Virus record (IMG/VR): IMGVR_UViG_3300047509_000193
Location: 1-58,259 of that record
DNA from: a virus
Lineage: Duplodnaviria; Caudoviricetes
Length of the DNA stretch: 58,259 bases
Reading direction: 5' to 3' (one strand)
Shown piece after piece: positions 54,782 to 58,259 of this stretch. The notes under the pieces are model-generated. The model did no database searches, was not told the origin of the DNA, and saw nothing but the letters and a program-made list of their open reading frames with translations. Position numbers and translations under genes: made by a program. Positions within the stretch are counted from its first letter, which is position 1; every line of letters begins with the position of its first letter.

Positions 54782-55162
54782 ATGACCGAAGCCATTGACA
54801 TCGCCCGCATCGGCATTGCCGCTGCAACAAAGATATGTCACACTCGGGCCGTTGCCAACGGCTGGTGGACCGGCCCCGACGGCTCACGCATCCGCAGAAA
54901 CAAAGGAGAGCTAATCGCCCTCATGCACTCGGAGCTCTCGGAGGTCCTCGAGGCCGAGCGGAAGGGCCTCATGGACGAGCACCTGCCCGCAAGGCGGGCC
55001 GCAGAGGTAGAGTTAGCCGACTGCCTAATCCGCATCTTCGACTATGCAGGAGAGCACGGCTATGACCTGGCCAGTGCTCTCTGCGAGAAGCTTGCTTACA
55101 ACGATCAGCGACTTGACCATAAGCCAGCGGCGCGAAGCGCCCAGGGCGGCAAGGCCTTCTAA
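54782..55162 (+). CDS. MazG-like nucleotide pyrophosphohydrolase
   Basis: LMHSELSEVLEAERK...EVELADCLIRIFD...KLAYN..R. Confidence 0.85.
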   Translation: MTEAIDIARIGIAAATKICHTRAVANGWWTGPDGSRIRRNKGELIALMHSELSEVLEAERKGLMDEHLPARRAAEVELADCLIRIFDYAGEHGYDLASALCEKLAYNDQRLDHKPAARSAQGGKAF

Positions 55163-55332
55163 TGAACAAGATAACCTGGGTCATCCTCTACCCGCACGAA
55201 GAAGACCTGGACGAAGCCAAGCGCCTTGCCTTGGTCAATTCGCCCGAGGGCTGCCACCATCACTACTACGGCAGGCATATTGAGTGCGATGAACACGGCA
55301 ATCCGCTGAAAGACAAAGATGCCTCTTGTTAA
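55162..55332 (+). CDS. Small hypothetical protein (56 aa)
   Basis: Manual translation; TAATG overlap with the MazG stop. Confidence 0.5.
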   Translation: MNKITWVILYPHEEDLDEAKRLALVNSPEGCHHHYYGRHIECDEHGNPLKDKDASC

Positions 55333-56860
55333 TACGCAAGACCTAGAGCCAGGCCGAGTCCATCCACAACAACTTCAAGTATATTGCGGTTTGGATGTCT
55401 GTGTGACCTTGGAAGTCCTCCAGGTCTTGCATCGCACCTTCCCATCGACGGCCCCTGGTGCCAACGCGCCAAACCTAATCTATGCCTTTGAAAGGGCCTT
55501 GCAAGGCCCTGCCCTCGAGATGATGCTTCGAGGCTTTAGGATTGACGAGCTTGAGCGCCGACGTGCCATAGACTTGCTAAGAGGCCAGCAGGCAAGGGTC
55601 TCAGACATCCTAATCAAGCTTGCTTGTGAGGTCTGGGGAAAGCCCCTCAATCCCAGGTCGCATCAACAGCTCACCAAGTTCTTCTACGGCGCGATGAAAG
55701 TCCCTGAGCAATGGACCAGTCAAAGAGGCGTCAAAAAGCTCAGCATGAACCGAGAGGCCCTAGAGAAGCTCCAGGCATACTTCCACGCCCAACCTCTGGT
55801 TTTATGTATCCTCAAGTTCAGAGATTTGGCAAAGCAACTAGAGACCCTGGAAACAGAAGTAGACCCTGACGGGCGCTTGCGAAGCAGCCTCAACATCGCA
55901 GGTACAAAGACTGGCCGCTGGTCCTCCGCCAAAAATGCCTTCGGCACCGGCGGCAACATCTTCAACATCAAAAAGGACGCCGACTATGCCGAAGACCAGG
56001 ACGAAGACACAATCCACAGCCTCCGCCGCATCTTCATCGCCGACGAAGGCAAGAAGCTCTGTGTCATCGACTACGAGCAAAGCGAAGCCCGCGACGTTGG
56101 ATGGCTCTGCGGAACCCTATTCGGCGACTGGACGTATCTCGATGTTATCGAAGCAGGGGACCTTCATACCTTTACCGCCCGGCTTATCTGGCCAGAAGCT
56201 GTGGCGTGGACACATGACCTTAAAAGAGATCGTGTCCTGGCTGAACAAAAATTTTACCGTCATTTCTCGTATAGAGATATGTCCAAGCGAGGTGGCCACG
56301 GAAGCAATTATCTCGGTACACCTTTTACCATGTCGAGACACTTGAAGGTGCCTCAAGCCCTCATGGACCACTTCCAAAAACGTTACTTCGAGGCTTTCAA
56401 AGCCTTACCTCTGTGGCACCGTTGGGTTGCCGAGCAGCTGCAGACCAAGCAGCACATTGTGACACCATTAGGTCGGAAACTTACCTTCTTCGGCCGGCCT
56501 CAAGACGAGGCGACGCTAAGAGAAGCTGTGGCGGCCGGACCTCAGTCCACCACGGCGGACAGGACCAGCCTGGGCCTCTACCGTGTCTGGCGCGACTTTG
56601 CCAATCGCGTAGAGCTGCTAAATCAAGGCTATGACAGCATCACCTTTCAATTCGCCGAGGATGATCACAAGGTCATCGACGAGATCAGCAAGGCTATCAT
56701 TGTGCCCCTAGAACATCGTGGCCGGCACTTTGTCATCCCGACGGACTGCAAGATCGGATGGAACTGGGGTTCTGCCCGTCCCGACAACCCAGATGGCCTT
56801 TCCAAGTGGAAAGGCCAGGACCTTCGCAGGCGTACCTCTAGCCTGGAGCGTATCCTATGA
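55319..56860 (+). CDS. Family A DNA polymerase, polymerase domain
   Basis: YCGLD (ExoIII), GTKTGRWSS, DYEQSEAR (motif A), R..SKRGGHGSNY (motif B), GYDS (motif C). Confidence 0.92.
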   Translation: MPLVNTQDLEPGRVHPQQLQVYCGLDVCVTLEVLQVLHRTFPSTAPGANAPNLIYAFERALQGPALEMMLRGFRIDELERRRAIDLLRGQQARVSDILIKLACEVWGKPLNPRSHQQLTKFFYGAMKVPEQWTSQRGVKKLSMNREALEKLQAYFHAQPLVLCILKFRDLAKQLETLETEVDPDGRLRSSLNIAGTKTGRWSSAKNAFGTGGNIFNIKKDADYAEDQDEDTIHSLRRIFIADEGKKLCVIDYEQSEARDVGWLCGTLFGDWTYLDVIEAGDLHTFTARLIWPEAVAWTHDLKRDRVLAEQKFYRHFSYRDMSKRGGHGSNYLGTPFTMSRHLKVPQALMDHFQKRYFEAFKALPLWHRWVAEQLQTKQHIVTPLGRKLTFFGRPQDEATLREAVAAGPQSTTADRTSLGLYRVWRDFANRVELLNQGYDSITFQFAEDDHKVIDEISKAIIVPLEHRGRHFVIPTDCKIGWNWGSARPDNPDGLSKWKGQDLRRRTSSLERIL

Positions 56861-57309
56861 CAAGCCTTGCACAAGACATCGTAAAAATAGCTATGCTACT
56901 CGAAGAATATCGGCCACGCAGTGCCATAATACAGGATTCTTTTCGCCATACAGCAGATCGAGCCGAGCGGCTCGATAATGTCTTGCAAGAGCTTATGCAA
57001 AAGCACAACGAGCTGCAGCATCAGCTTGCGTTAGCCCACGCTGATTTTGCCTGCAAGGTATTTATCCGCGAGGATCCTGCAACTATGCACAAAATCATAT
57101 CTCTCCAGATAGAAACCAGGTATCCAGTTTGGCGCCTTGCACTAAGCTACGCACATCTCTACGCCATTTCGCGCGGAGATGAAACGCAGCTCCTCCGCAT
57201 CCTCCGTTGGAGGACCTATCTAAACTGGTCCAGGCTCGTGCGACACGAGCTTAACAAGGCCTTACAAGAAGTGCAAAAGCAACTTGCCCAAGGGGAGCGT
57301 ACCCTATGA
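56857..57309 (+). CDS. Hypothetical protein
   Basis: 150 aa, ATGA coupling. Confidence 0.6.
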   Translation: MTSLAQDIVKIAMLLEEYRPRSAIIQDSFRHTADRAERLDNVLQELMQKHNELQHQLALAHADFACKVFIREDPATMHKIISLQIETRYPVWRLALSYAHLYAISRGDETQLLRILRWRTYLNWSRLVRHELNKALQEVQKQLAQGERTL

Positions 57310-57497
57310 CAAAAGACGAGGCAGACAAGTTGGAAATCGGCACCCAAGTCTTCATCGAGGGCCTCCAAGGTCTTGGCTACGTCGATGCTCTGCACCCTGA
57401 CTTCATAGAAGTCCGGTGGCCCTCTGGCCTCGGCCTCATTTACTTTGACTCTTGCAGCGTAGCTCACATTGGCAACCTATGCAAAGTCGGCGGATAG
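57306..57497 (+). CDS. Small hypothetical protein
   Basis: 63 aa, ATGA coupling, GGAG RBS. Confidence 0.55.
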   Translation: MTKDEADKLEIGTQVFIEGLQGLGYVDALHPDFIEVRWPSGLGLIYFDSCSVAHIGNLCKVGG

Positions 57498-57500
57498 CCC

Positions 57501-58259
57501 TTGGCCCAAGACTGGCTCGACGCATTTTTGGATTATACTGGAGGGCTTCCCAGCCCAGAGATCTTTAGGCTTTGGGCCGGGATCAGCGCGCTGAGCGGGG
57601 CGATGGAGCGCAGGCTATGTGTTATGAGCGCAGGGAAGCCCATTTATCCAAACTTGTACGTCCTCCTTGTCGCAACCCCTGGCATTGGCAAGAACGTCAT
57701 TCAAGAAGTGTACAACTGTTGGCATGAGGGTAAGTGCTTCCACGTCGCACCGCACAGCATCACGAAGGCCGGCCTTATGGACTCCTTGGGCGAGGCCGGC
57801 ACGGCAAAGGTGAACGGCGACGACCTGGTAGAGTACCACAGTCTGCTGGTTGCGAGTCCTGAGTTTGGAGTGTTGGTGCCTGCACACGACCTGGAGTTCC
57901 TATCTGTCCTTAATTTCATCTATGACAACCCCCCTGTGACAAGCGAAAGGCGCCGTTGGAGCCGAGAGGGCAAGGAACTTGCTATTGTCAATCCACAACT
58001 CACTATCTTCGCCGGCTCGCAGCCCAGTTACCTGTCTAGCCTCTTGCCAGAAGAGGCCTGGTCGATGGGTTGGACCTCGCGCCTTGTCATGGTTCACGCA
58101 AGCGAAGGCGTGCAGATAGACCTACACCTTGAGGCCGTCGGCACCAACGGGGCGTATTTGCACAAGAACAAGATCCTTTGGCAGGACCTCGTAGATCGCC
58201 TTGTTGCCCTGCACCAAGTCCATGGTACGTTCAAATGGACCGGAGGAGCGCTGCGCAGC
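57501..58259 (+). CDS. 5' part of DUF3987-type primase-associated helicase
   Basis: Manual translation (TTG)AQDWLDAFLDYTGGLPSPEIFRLWAGIS.L...YPNLYVLLVATPGIGK (P-loop); frame stays open to the end of the window. Confidence 0.8.
   Translation, partial: MAQDWLDAFLDYTGGLPSPEIFRLWAGISALSGAMERRLCVMSAGKPIYPNLYVLLVATPGIGKNVIQEVYNCWHEGKCFHVAPHSITKAGLMDSLGEAGTAKVNGDDLVEYHSLLVASPEFGVLVPAHDLEFLSVLNFIYDNPPVTSERRRWSREGKELAIVNPQLTIFAGSQPSYLSSLLPEEAWSMGWTSRLVMVHASEGVQIDLHLEAVGTNGAYLHKNKILWQDLVDRLVALHQVHGTFKWTGGALRS
58133..58259. repeat. Terminal direct repeat (copy 2)
   Basis: Identical to bases 1-127. Confidence 0.95.

Noticed and set aside
54346-55318. Intron or intein explaining the polymerase split
   Set aside because: The gap is filled by ordinary HAD, MazG and small genes; no splice-junction or intein terminal motifs were seen.
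58133-58259. 127-bp terminal repeat as a biological direct terminal repeat
   Set aside because: The length equals a common assembler k-mer and it falls mid-gene, so it is best explained as circular-contig overlap.

Overview
This window is an apparently complete, circularly permuted dsDNA phage genome of about 58,132 bp. Bases 1-127 repeat exactly at 58133-58259, which is most likely an assembly overlap, and a DUF3987-type helicase gene reads in frame across the join. There are two divergent arms. The minus-strand arm (about 33.5 kb down to 1.2 kb) is a P22-like podovirus late region: putative TerS, fibre/spike genes, a GH108 lysis cassette containing a Tad2-like gene, TerL, portal, an ADP-ribosyltransferase-like protein, scaffold, coat, gp4- and gp10-like tail proteins, a sulfotransferase-like gene and ejection proteins. 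The plus-strand arm (about 34 kb through the join to 1.2 kb) holds many small early genes plus recombination and replication genes: SF1 helicase, Cas4-like exonuclease, AAA_24 ATPase, DUF669-like SSB, ParB-methyltransferase, and a family A polymerase split into a UDG+exonuclease gene and a polymerase gene. I recognised no integrase, tRNA or CRISPR array. An alphaproteobacterial host is inferred only. The most unusual signals are: (1) the same C-terminal peptide E-L-S-P-x-D-F on six unrelated early proteins, encoded by different synonymous codons; (2) five fibre/spike-region proteins with Sec-type signal peptides; (3) a proofreading domain split between two genes; (4) a TAGGG-repeat/T19 non-coding island. 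All family calls come from motif recognition by eye; no database searches were run.
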